Assembly: GCA_030141605.1 (NCBI GenBank) | Contig: JAQGDQ010000001.1 | Location: 868,001-932,000, forward strand | Direction of reading: 5' to 3' | DNA from: Tubiluchus corallicola | Lineage: Eukaryota > Animalia > Priapulida | DNA: 64,000 bases | Shown here: piece by piece, positions 48,895 to 60,730 of the stretch | Numbering within the stretch: the first letter of the stretch is position 1 | How the letters are laid out: each line of letters starts with the position of its first letter | Made by a program: the position numbers and the translations under genes | The notes under the pieces: model-generated | Database searches by the model: none | What the model was told of the DNA's origin: nothing | The model's input: only the letters and a program-made list of their open reading frames with translations

Positions 48895-50280
48895 AATTAC
48901 CGTGGAATAGGCTATCGGATAATTTCGCTAAAATAAAAGATTTGATTCTGTGCAAACGGCTGGAGCTTTGGTTTAAGTTTGACAGGGAGCAGGCGGGTGC
49001 ACAAAAAAGCAGAGGTTGCCTTGAACGTATACTTACTTTTGCGCTTGTTAACTAATTGTGGTCATTGTAAAAAATTATTTATCGCTTTTATTGATTTCTC
49101 TAAAGCGTGCGACAGAGTTTCTCGAGTTAGTTTGATTAATTTGCCGAAACACTTAGGTTGTGGAGCAGACATGTTTGCTGCTGTTGCAGGTATATACATA
49201 AATACTGTACTGATTTTCTAAATCGGCTGTAATTGCAACGTCTGTGGGGGTGAGGCAGGGTTTATTATTTACCTTATTCGTTAACCCTCTGATTGGCATG
49301 TTAAAGACTAGATGTGATGATGATGGTTATTTACAGTGGGTACACTCACTGATGTTGATGGATGACACTTCATACTTGTAACTACGAGAGATCGGTTAGT
49401 AGTTAAGCTAAACATCTTACTAGAATTTTATCCATCATTTGGTATGATAATTAATAAAAAGAAGACGAAAATTCTAGTTACTTTTTGCGGAAATGTGTGA
49501 CAGGCTGCCCGTCACAGTAAATGAGTTGAAAATGAACAATCGTGATGATTACATGTATCTAAGGACAATCTTTACCCAAGACGGCAAACTTACATCTGGA
49601 ATTAAAAACACTGTGATAATAAGTATTGTCATTTACTGAAATTTGTTGCCTTCCTAGACAAAAATGTAGATTTTCCATTTGTTGTAAAAAACGAGTTTAC
49701 AGTTGCGAATTGTGGTTGTGTTCAAGTATAAAACCTGCTGAACTTTTGTACATATCAGCAAGAAAAGCTATATTGAGTGTCAGGTGCACTACAGCTAACG
49801 ATTTTTGCCTTTTTGAGCTTGGCTACCCCTCATTGTCTGTCAAAATAAAGTCAATGTAAGTTAAAAAAATTTCAGAGTTAATTCACGAGAGCGTAATGAT
49901 CCGTTTAATTTTGTTTGGCAATTAGTGCAGTACTCGAGGTGCTCGTTATATTACTTTTATAATGAATGACGATGGTATAATTGAGAGAGATACTGCAGTC
50001 AGAAAAGCACGTGTTATGGCATCAGACCGATCAAAATTTCTGGTGTACAAATCGCTGAACCCTGCTTTCAGTGTATTTCGTATAGAAACTGGTAGGTGGT
50101 CTAGAATACCACATGAATTAAGATAATGTGGCTGCGGCTTAGTGTAATCAGAATATCATTTCTTTTGTGAATGTATTAATACCGAAAATGTACTACAGGA
50201 TTATCCAGAAGTAGACTTTTGCAATCTAAAGCTTGTAGCAAAGACTGTTAGACGATGCTTTGTTTTTTTGCAAAACTGAT
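48895..50280 (+). mobile_element. Decayed LINE RT and C-terminus (different lineage from the adjacent fragment)
   Basis: EQAGAQKSRGC, LFIAFIDFSKACDRV, GVRQG, LMLMDDT and RIETGRWSRIP...CGC. Confidence 0.75.
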
Positions 50281-51102
50281 ATACACACAAAGCTAGTGTC
50301 TGTTTGCTATTTGTGTAGGTAGAGTTTGCTGTTGCATAGTTAGCTGTATCTGCTTGTTGTATTGGGCTACATAATAGTTAAAAGTTCATTGTTAAGGTCA
50401 ATAAATTACTACTAAGAGCAAGCAAGTAATAACATCTTTATTTGCCATAGTAATATTGAGAATCACAACAAAATTTAAGATACTCAATCAGTGAAAGTTG
50501 TGAAATCGTCAGTGTAAAATCTAAACTACAGGTGCAAAAATAAAATATAACTTTTAACTTAGACTTTACATATTATACATATTTGCCAACGAACTGTCAG
50601 CAAAATTAAGTCGTTTCATATGCCCTGGGGCAGTTGAATTTAGCATTAGTGTTAAGTTGTCGCATTGGTAAGTTGGATTTTCAAATCTTGACATCATTAA
50701 TGCTTTTAATTTTGTTTTGAATGCGGTCAGTGATTTAATACGTTCGATTTTGAATGGCAGTGAATTACAGAGCTGGACGGGGTTTTTGCTATTGAATTAT
50801 TTCCAAAGTGGTTTTTTCTTCTGGTTTTCACTTTGATTAAGAATTGCTGAAAATTAAACGGGCTAAACCAAATAGTTTTGCACGTTTTGTAATTCCGCAG
50901 TTTTTTTAGAAAAAGAAACGCCAACTATTTAATATAATTTCAACATTTCTAGTTAATGACGAAAAAGATTGTGAGGAAATGATTAATTACCAATTGGTCA
51001 TTCTGGATCTATATTGATTTTAAAAAGTAAATCTAACTATTATGATAATTATGCTTGCTTGAGAAAACAACACTTGGAAATGTTGGTTAGTAAGGTGCCA
51101 CA

Positions 51103-51172
51103 GTATGTGGGGTCTAGTTATCATGGCGTTAGACCAGTAACCCAAGGGTCATTCGTTCAAATCCAAGCAAGG
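51103..51172 (+). mobile_element. tRNA-derived SINE head or tRNA pseudogene
   Basis: A-box-like TGGGGTCTAGTTA and B-box GTTCAAATCC at tRNA-like spacing; no clean acceptor stem. Confidence 0.35.
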
Positions 51173-52022
51173 TGACTTTTCGCATTTTTTTCTTTTCGTC
51201 GTGTTTGGGTATTCTCAGTAATTTTAGGCCCATTTCATTATTAAGTAATCATCATAAAACTAAGATTGCAAAAATACTAGTTTAAAATCAGTAATGCATT
51301 TAATATTTCTAGTGAACATTTGCTGACAATTTAGGAGTACATTCGAAAATCAAAATTCTGCAAAAACTTTGTTAATAAAATGTTTCCAAATTGTTTACCA
51401 ACTTTTTTGAAGAATAAAAGCCATTATGTACTTTAGTGCACGATCTCACAGTATAATACTTTGAATAGGATGTCCAGGGGGAATTAATTGTTATTTACCG
51501 CCAACGCGTATAGCCGCAACGCCTCCTTAAAGTACGCATTTTAATTTACAGTCTTCAGGTTAATAGCTAAGCTTATTCAAGAAGCAAATCACGAATGCAC
51601 GACCGCGACCTCGCAAATAAGACCGATCCACGCTAGGGTGTCCTAAAACGTTCTGCATGACCACCTTAAATTTACTCTTTTCACGTGGCACCGCTAAGCC
51701 TCTGAGATTGTTCAACTTGAACTTTCGCCATATTTACAATTATGTTTAAGGAGACTAAAAACCTTCATACTACTTTCACTTAAATTAGCATTGTTTTGCA
51801 TAAATTCCGCCACATGACAAGGAACTCGCAGTTGTAAGATGTCGGTTGAGGAAATCAAGCAGAACAGAAGTCACGCCTTACCCTGACCACAAACTTCAAT
51901 ATAAACGTCGAAAAACCGGATGGCAGCTATCATTTGGACTTGCAGAGTTACTAGAAGTGGAAACCTTTATTACAATTATAAACTATTGTTTGTCTGCTTT
52001 TGAAAACATTAACGCGTAAAAA

Positions 52023-55000
52023 ATGAGTTGTCGTGTTTTCTTTGTTTGCTTATTTGTTTTAATTACTGCTCCTTATTCTCGACAGCAAGGATTTTTTGGT
52101 AGTCTTCTAACTGGTAAGCTAGTTTAAAATTATACACTTATTGTCGTAAGAAACTGTTTTTACCATTGTTTGCTACATACAATTCAATTTGAACTCGAAA
52201 TTGTGTAAAAAAAATTCAGATTAGTTCTCATAATTCGGACACCATTTGTTGAACTAAAAACGATACGTGGCTCCCAGTAAGAAGTAAATGTCATCTTTAC
52301 TTCATTGTTAAGTGAAAATGACCATATTGAGTAACAGGATGCAATGCCACTGGCAGCTTGAAGAATGACACCAGGCAGAAATGACATTGGATTCTGCGCT
52401 CCAGCCATACATCTATAGACTGGAGCGCTTGTCATTGGGTTCGTATGCAGGCTTGAAGTCCACAGCTCTTGCAAAGCGGCGGTGATTGCATTTTTGCAAG
52501 CCTTTAGTAAACAGTCGTGCCTTTTGGAGAAGCAAAACGGGTTGGATTATGAGATCTAGGGAATCAGTTTGGTCAGCACAAGGTTGCTGTTGGCTAAACT
52601 ACCTGGGAAAAAGTCAAACCAGACAAAGCGTTTGCTTTCGTCCTTGCGGTTTAAGTACGCGTTATGAGATTATTTTTCTCGATGTTTCGGAGTTCAAGGA
52701 CGAAGACACTTATTGGCCAACTATTGTGCGCGCTTTGAAATTAAGATAATACCTTGACCTCTAATTTTAATTTTAGCGTAATAATATTGAAGAAATAAGT
52801 TGATAAAAGCATTAACAAGAATCGTGTATAGCAATCATTATACATTTCTAATTTGATACCGAACTATGCTTAATATTTATCCTAACCTAAAAGCCCGACT
52901 GCCCGAATTTTATTAAAAACATACCCGTGCCAAATGCGCTAAACCTAAACATATCTAACAAGGCAAAAATCGCATATTATTAGCTCTTTGTAATCGCAAG
53001 GTTGAAACTGTAGTTAAATTTATTTGCGCACAACGTGCACACGTTTGCAGATTTTTCTGCGAAACATTAAATTTTTTAAAATTAAATCTGTGTTAACAAA
53101 CCTGATGAGGACTAAGTGTGGAAATACATTGAACTGTGTGGTACTTGAAAATGATATACTTGTCGAAATACTGTTTATATCGCATTTAGCTAATTAACGT
53201 TAGCTTATTTTCCAAAATTGTTTAAGAATTTTTTTCCTTATGCATGTACTTTGCTAATGTATGCCACGTGCATGATTAATTATCACCATTTTTTTATTAC
53301 TTTGACAATCATGCGATCATTATTCATCTAGAAAGCCTTAATAAAAAGTACAAAAAATATGTAAGCTCTAACGTTCTCATTTCACAGTTTTGCTAAAAGT
53401 GTGATTTTAATGTGATCACTTGCAAATGTGCATTTCTAAAACAGTCTGCGACTGTTTTGTTTTGTTGATCAAAGCATCACCGCCAGTTGTCATGTCACTC
53501 ATTTCCATTATGGCTGACTGTTACATTTTTACAGAATTTTAATACAGTTTATAGTTGGGAACGGCTCAAACGGTGCAAGCGTATTTTGACCATTAGTATT
53601 TTTTATTGATGTTGCTGACATTTCTGCTGTTGCATCACTCCCGCAGGCGTTGCTGCCAGCCATTGTTACTATTGCTATCAGTATTCCTTTTGTCTAACTC
53701 TTCTAGTCGTTTAATCTATTTTTAGGCAAGCACTACAAGTGTTAAATTTATCAGTCCTTTGACCGACCTTTTTTGTTAAACAAATGTTCACCTGAGACAT
53801 TATTAAAGATTCCTCACGTTTCTGTTGTAGGATCAGGAAACAGCGGCAGCAGTAATAGCGGAAGTTCAACCTTCATTCGTAATGATCCCGTTCGCACCAA
53901 TCCCGTCGTTCGTACTGACCCTGTTATCCAGCCAAAAATAATTGGATCTCCGACAGGAACTCGATCTGATCCGGTTACGGATTCCGCAGATAGTAAGTTG
54001 ACAATAATTCTCAAAACGTTCGTTAACGTTCGTTCATTACGGCAAACAGAATTCAATTAAAGTACAAATCAATGCGTTTTGTACTGCTTTATTACTGCAT
54101 TTATTATTACTACATTTACTATTGCACACGGCAAATAGGTTTTAATTAAAGTAAAAATGCTTTTTTGTACTGCTTTATTTCTGCATTTCTGTATTCAATG
54201 GCTCATTATATCCTTAGAATTTACTTGCACTGTATCAATGCGAAGGAAGTTACTCAATGCGAAGGAAGAACTAGTCTAAAAACCTACCACCTACCCACAA
54301 CATGTATTATCAGTACAAAATACAAAAGGCCTACTAGGCTGCAGTAGTGTTATTTAATACTTCCTTGTTTTTCCGGCGCTTACTGTCACTGTACTATTAC
54401 CTTTACTGTAGCGTAGCTCACTATTATACCGCCAGCAAAAAAGAAAAACATTTTGTCATTCATTTAATCATGCGATAGATTAACGATTTTTAGTTAATGA
54501 AAAGTGCCTACTCTGTTATACAGACACAGAATTCTACAGTGTCGAAAACAACGTCAACCGTTTAGAAGGGTTCCTCGATTCCGTCATAACAAAAACGAAA
54601 AACAAAAGCGGTGGTTTTAGTGGAGGTGGTACCGGGACCGAATTATTTACAATTGGGCGTGTTGGCCCTGGAGGAGGAAGCAAAAGCGTTGTGGGGCCCC
54701 ATTCACGCGGGAGACCTGATTACAGAGAATATGTTGACTTTATCTTTCTTCTGGACGTCAGTGGAAGCGTCTCTTATGCTGGCTTCAGGGAATCCAAATG
54801 CATAATGAGGGTAAGTTGCTACCACAGAAAATTAATGACTACTAATTGGTTACATTATTACACTGCCTAATAAATTTAGCTTACCATTTAATACAATAAA
54901 CTAAAAGTGGCGCAAAGTCAACTAAACAGTCTCATTGCGTAAAATTGACTTAATTATTGAAAGTACTTTACTCAATGCATACTTCTGGTCGCAATACTAA

Positions 55001-57033
55001 GTAGTACGGGTTAGCATTCGTGCGCTATTGTATTAATTGAGCATAATGTCATCACATAAGGTAATTTTCCACCACTAATATACTGGTATTACTTTCAATG
55101 TATTCATCTGTAAAGTGTTTCAAGTAACATGTCAAAACCATTTCCATGTAAAATTGGAACAAATCGATACCCAGAAATAGGAGAAATAGGTACAAGCTTT
55201 GTTTTGTCTGCGTTAAATGCAACTAGCTTACCTCAGCCCAGTTCAGTCAGCTTAAAAAATTCTGCTTTTGTCTCTGGCTAATGTGTAGACGAGGCAATTT
55301 AGCAAACCTTAGCGCTTCGCACAATATTGCCCTCCTAAAGGGTTTTTTCAGTTATAAATATGTTACTCATGCTTTTGTAATTTGTACAAACAATCATATT
55401 CATCGCTTTAAGATCTTACTGCATAAAAGTGTTTTCTGCCCAAGAAATCGAATTTTAAAAAGCTGCAGTAGTATACTTTATCTTGCATAACTGACGCAGA
55501 TATTCGATATAAATTCGATACTTCCAATCGCTTTATTTTACTGTTCTTTGTTATGTAAAACTGCGAAAACTGTGTTTTTATCTTCCGTATATATTTTTTT
55601 ATTTTCTTATTTCTTATTTATTTCTTATTTATCTTATATCTCTTATTTATTTTATACAGTGTATCTCTTATTTATTTTGTACAGTACTTCAGGTATTGAC
55701 TTAAATCTACCACAATCTGATTTAAAAATTAAGTAAATAAATAATAAATGGAATTCCGTCAATTCTGTTGTTTTTTTTACTAGAAAGTGACTGAGATTTT
55801 GGAAGCAGATCGTGGCATCTTGGTTCGAGTCGCTGTTATCACGTTCGCCGAGTACGCTCGCACTGAATTCCACTTTAATACTTTCAGCAACGTGGACGGA
55901 GTTCTCAGGGGCATCGATAACATCCGTTATACAAGTGAGCTCATAAATAATAAATAAGAGTTTTGCTATTGTTGGTTCGATGCTATTTTTTTCAGAGTAG
56001 CATTAGTGCGTAACTAAAGAATGAAATAGTGTTAACCTGAAATACAGTGCAATTTTTTAGTTTTTACAAAAATCGTTTCATATTGGCACAAGTTCTCTTT
56101 GCGGCAAACTCTGGCAGTCTGGAGGACGAGACTTACCAGCTTTCAATGATAAACAATGGTGTTTACCATGTTAATAACAATCCATTTTAACTAAAAAAGA
56201 TTATGCAGTATTTTATTCAGTAAATAAACAGTATTTTAAATACACTGTTAGTAGAAAACAATAAGTGGTAGAGCATTTAATGAAAAAAACGATACTATAT
56301 AGCTGTCTTGGGGCATATCTTAGCGCTCGTTGAAGTCCATTCAGTGGTATCATGTAATTTGAATAATGGTGTATGCTTGCTAGCAATACGTGATTGATTA
56401 AATTTGTATATTTATCAGGTGGGCGCAGAACGTGCACTGATCAAGCTCTACGAGAAGCTAATGATTTATTCAGACGCCACAGTACTGGTTCAGCCACACA
56501 AGTAGTGATGGTCATTACTGACGGTCGCTCTAATTGTGATTTCCGCTCACAACCTAGTCCATATTATCAACCGCGTCCGTACGGACCATACCAAGGCCCA
56601 TACTACAGGAACCGGCAATTCCAACAATCACAGTTGACAGTCATCGGCGGTGGTGGACGAGGAGGTTATGGTAACACTTGTAGCGAAGCCGAAAGTTTGA
56701 AACGCAAAGGTGTGTATGGCCTAACTATACACTAATATAGTTAATTGTATCAGTGTTACGTTACATTACGCATTATTTTTATTACGTTCTCGAAAATGAG
56801 TTTGGTAATGCAATAATGTTCTGTACTTTTTAATATTGTCACTTAGGCTTTTATACAATAGCGCTGTCTGGTTATTTACAGGTGTTGAGATCTTTGCTTT
56901 TGGAGTAGGCCGCAAAATCAACAGGTATGAGATTGAATGCATTTCATCACCTGGCCAGAACAACTTAAACAGAGATTTCTTTGAAGCATGCGACGTAGTC
57001 ACGAGAGTGCACCAGCGGAGAGTGCGTTATTAA
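52023..57033 (+). CDS. Secreted von Willebrand factor A domain protein (~377 aa) with Gly-rich N-terminal region and a Tyr/Pro/Gly-rich insert
   Basis: Exons 52023-52113, 53831-53992, 54524-54810, 55784-55934, 56419-56709, 56882-57033; all GT-AG and phase-compatible (1134 nt). Signal peptide MSCRVFFVCLFVLITAPYS; MIDAS DFIFLLDVSGSV, RVAVITF, TCTDQAL, VVMVITDGRSN, GVEIFAFGVG. Confidence 0.85.
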
Positions 57034-59481
57034 TTGTGTTACTAAACAAATTATCAAAATGCTGAAAACGTTACCTTGAGTGCCAGGATAACTTTTGTAA
57101 TAAACTGAGCACAGTATAAAGTGCAAACAACGTTCCTATTTTAGATGTTCAAGATTAATTATGTGCAATAATTTGAATAAAGTAATTTTTCGAAGGAGTA
57201 AACACACTTGACCGTAAACTGTGTTAGTGTATTTAATGTAATTTAGAAAAAATAATAAATTTTATTGAATCATTTATTTTGAGATAATTACAGTAATTAT
57301 TTGCTAAGTTATGAGTATGAGTTTGCCTATTATAAGTTTCATTTTGTAAACAATGATAGACGGTTGATGATCGCTGTTTTATGTGTAGTGTAAATCTTTA
57401 TTTTAATGGTCTGTTTCTTTTAAAATTTTCACTTGGATTTATCCAAGTATAGATTTGCATTAAAACTGATTTATTATGTATTACAACTTATACCCAGAAC
57501 ATTGTTAAAGCGCTTCTTACTAACGCATATTAAGCAACTAACAACTTTTTTTAGTAAAAGCTCCATAAAAAATTGTTTCATTGAATTTGTGAATAATTTA
57601 ATTTAATTATGAATAAAAACCTTCAAACGAGGAATAAATTTATGCAGAGTTAAATAAATTCTCTGTGTGGAAAAAGCTAAAATGATACTATCGTAAGTTT
57701 CGAATTTGTTCAGCTTGGAGATCTATAACAGTCACAGAAATTTATCATTATTTCTTATTTCAAAAATAATACAGTACTAGCAAGGTTCGGCGATTAAGTT
57801 TTGTAAAAATCTAATGGAGCTGATTAAATGCCTGTTTTAAACGGCAATTGGCTGATAATGATCCTTGTTGCCGTCATCATCACCAAGTCGTCATCTGTGT
57901 CAGTATCACCGTCGTCATCACTTTTGCCATCATCTTCATCATCATTACAACAACAAAGACACTGATGGTAAGATGCAGGGATGATGATACGATGACGAAA
58001 CAGGAAGCGGCAGTTGCAAACCAATGATACAGATGTGGTAATAATTATGTAGAATGGCATCCAAGTGCTGCTTGCTTTAGCGATGTTGGGTTGCAAACAA
58101 AAGCAAAACCGAAGAAAATTATAAACTCCTCAGGGCCTAGGCCGATGGCAGATTAGCCCTTACTTCAAATTGCTTACTAAGCATTTTTGTAATTAAAGCT
58201 GAATACATATTTTTAATTAAGCTTAATCTGACCGCATTTAAAGACAGGGTCCATGCAACGTGGATGTCTGTGGCGAGAGTGGAATATGGGTCTACGTGAG
58301 TGTCAAGTAGCAGCTTACCTGCTACTTTCAAGTTTATCAACTTTTCCTTGTGATATTTTGATAAAACGATTTTATCAAAAATAAATAGCCTAAGTTTACA
58401 AGTTCTTAAGTTGTTATAGCAATACAAATTTATGCAGTGCAATCAGATGTACCAGAAACAAAACAGAGAAATTACAAAAGAAACCAGTTTATCTTTTTAT
58501 TAATTCAGTCACTAACCACGGGTACAAAAATTACTTTTACAGTGAAAGAAATGTCAGAAATTTGACTTGCTAGTCGTGAATCTATCATACAACACCAAGT
58601 ATGCATCTATTTGTTAAATTCTTGTAATGTTAAACCACCGGAGAACAAAGACAAAAATAGACCTAGACTTTTTTGCTTAGTACACTGAAACAACAGCCAG
58701 TATTGAAGTCGTCTACAAAGTCCGTTTTTGTTGTACACGGATTTCAATTCCATCGATGAAATTAACCCGAGGCTGTTAAAAACTTGCTATGTGGCATTTT
58801 TAACTTTGTTTAATGTAATTTACGACATTTTTACGAGTTACTTCTAATAAAGTGCAGGATGGACTAGAATAATAAACTATCAACTCTCGCACATTCAAAC
58901 TGAACTTGAAGATCATGCAAGGAGCAAAAGCCAAGGATCTGGGAGTGTCTGAGATCTTTTCTGACTACAAATGAACATAGCAATAACATGGTTTACATAC
59001 CAATTTAACACAAAACACGCGATTGACTTTATGGGACTTAATTACATTGAGTGATTTTATCATGCACAGATGATCTTTTTTGTATGTTTCTGATTAATAA
59101 TTAATAAACTGCTAAACAAAACAAGAGAACAGCAACCATAAACCCTTTTTATGGCTCATAAAAGAAGCAATTCACACAGTATTTTTTAAGTTGACAAAAG
59201 CCGAAACAACTTCAGCACAATATGATTCTTATGAAAACTTCACAAATTAGCTATGCAAATTTTCACAATCATGGGCGCCGCCAGACGTTAACAAATTTGA
59301 CGCACAAGCACCTAGGTGGGGGTCCACCAATGCATTTTCCTGTATTTAAGCACAATTTGGAGCCTCAAGTGAGATCTAAATTTTGGTACACAGACTTACT
59401 CAAACGTGAAAAATTCAGCTTTAATATTTATCTACATTTACATAGGTAATATTCATTGTATTCTATTGTAGTAGTCATATA

Positions 59482-59832
59482 CAGTCGACCCTCGTTAAGC
59501 CAGACCCCATTAGCACGGATATCGGATAAGATGGATGTCAACCGTGGTAAAGGAAACTGACCGATTTCCGTCCGAGCCGGAGCGCTAAACACAACACGGC
59601 CTACCAACTCACCACGATATACGTATACTGTACTTTTTTATTATTTAAACTGTACAATAATTTCTTTATCCTATACGTAATATACAGTATAGTATATAGT
59701 GCACTGTATATAGGCCTTATTAAGGTGATTATTCCTGTATAATATAGACCACATATAGGCATATCGAATAAGTCGGACAATCGGCTAAACCGGACCCCCC
59801 CCCAATTTGTCCGGTTTAACGAGGGTTGACTG
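59482..59832. mobile_element. Tc1/mariner (pogo/Tigger-like) MITE, 351 bp
   Basis: TIRs CAGTCGACCCTCGTTAAGCCAGAC and GTCCGGTTTAACGAGGGTTGACTG, with TA on both sides (59480-59481, 59833-59834). Confidence 0.85.
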
Positions 59833-60730
59833 TACCTTAAAAGCAAGTTCGTAATACACTGCAATGCAGAAGACCCATTACTTAAGCTTAATTTATTTAG
59901 TATCAAGATTATCTGTCCAGCAAAATGTGGATAGTCAAACGTAAAACAATCAAACAGCTAAATGCAATTTTACTGCATTTTAAACCATTTTGCGGTTGTC
60001 AGAAACTATTTCTTCAGACTAGTTCACTAGTTTAAAACTCATTGTGTCACCTCAAACTCGTGACTCATAATTTCATTACTACCATGAAAGGGGGCCCCCT
60101 AGAGCCCACCCCTTAAATGCAGAAGTGCAGTAACAGCTAGCTAAAAAATGACTATACAATGGAATTCGATAAAAAAATCAACATTATGTAAGTGACATAC
60201 ATAAACATAACTTCACTATGCAAATCAGCTGACTGCTTGGGGATTGCACAAACAAACATGGGGGTTGGTGTATTTCTTGGTTTACTGCTGAAAACTTTAT
60301 TTAGCCATAAAAGATGTTTCTTAAGAAATTTTGTGGACGCACGTGCGTCAGTGTGTCCGCCTGCGGGCGCCCATGTTCACAATCCATAATCATCGTAATT
60401 TTAAAATTGTCATAAGTGTGACATTTCAGTGTGATGATCATACTAGCAATCTACATGGTTCTGTTACTGTGATAGTCTAATAATTTTAATAGCAACTTAT
60501 GTGATCAGCATTATATGAGGCAGCAATAGGCAACCAATCATGAATAAGAAATAAATCAACAATCGCATGTACAATTTACTAATTGCAAACACGTATACAA
60601 ACAGTTAATTTAGCAAGACTGGAAAGCTTAAAAACACATTTGGCATGTTCATAGATATCATATCATCCTATCGCTAAATCAATCCAGCAATAATAAATAC
60701 AGTAATACTACTTCATTGTAAGCTATCCTA

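Noticed and set aside
51103-51172. Functional tRNA gene
   Set aside because: A and B boxes are present but stems do not pair into a cloverleaf; kept only as a SINE-like remnant.
52184-52749. ORFs of 96 and 87 aa in intron 1 of the vWA gene
   Set aside because: No recognisable motifs or splice support; probably decayed TE sequence.
57824-58096. Asp-rich or His-rich ORFs downstream of the vWA gene as an extra exon
   Set aside because: Low-complexity (TCA)n sequence with no clear acceptor; the vWA frame already stops at 57033.
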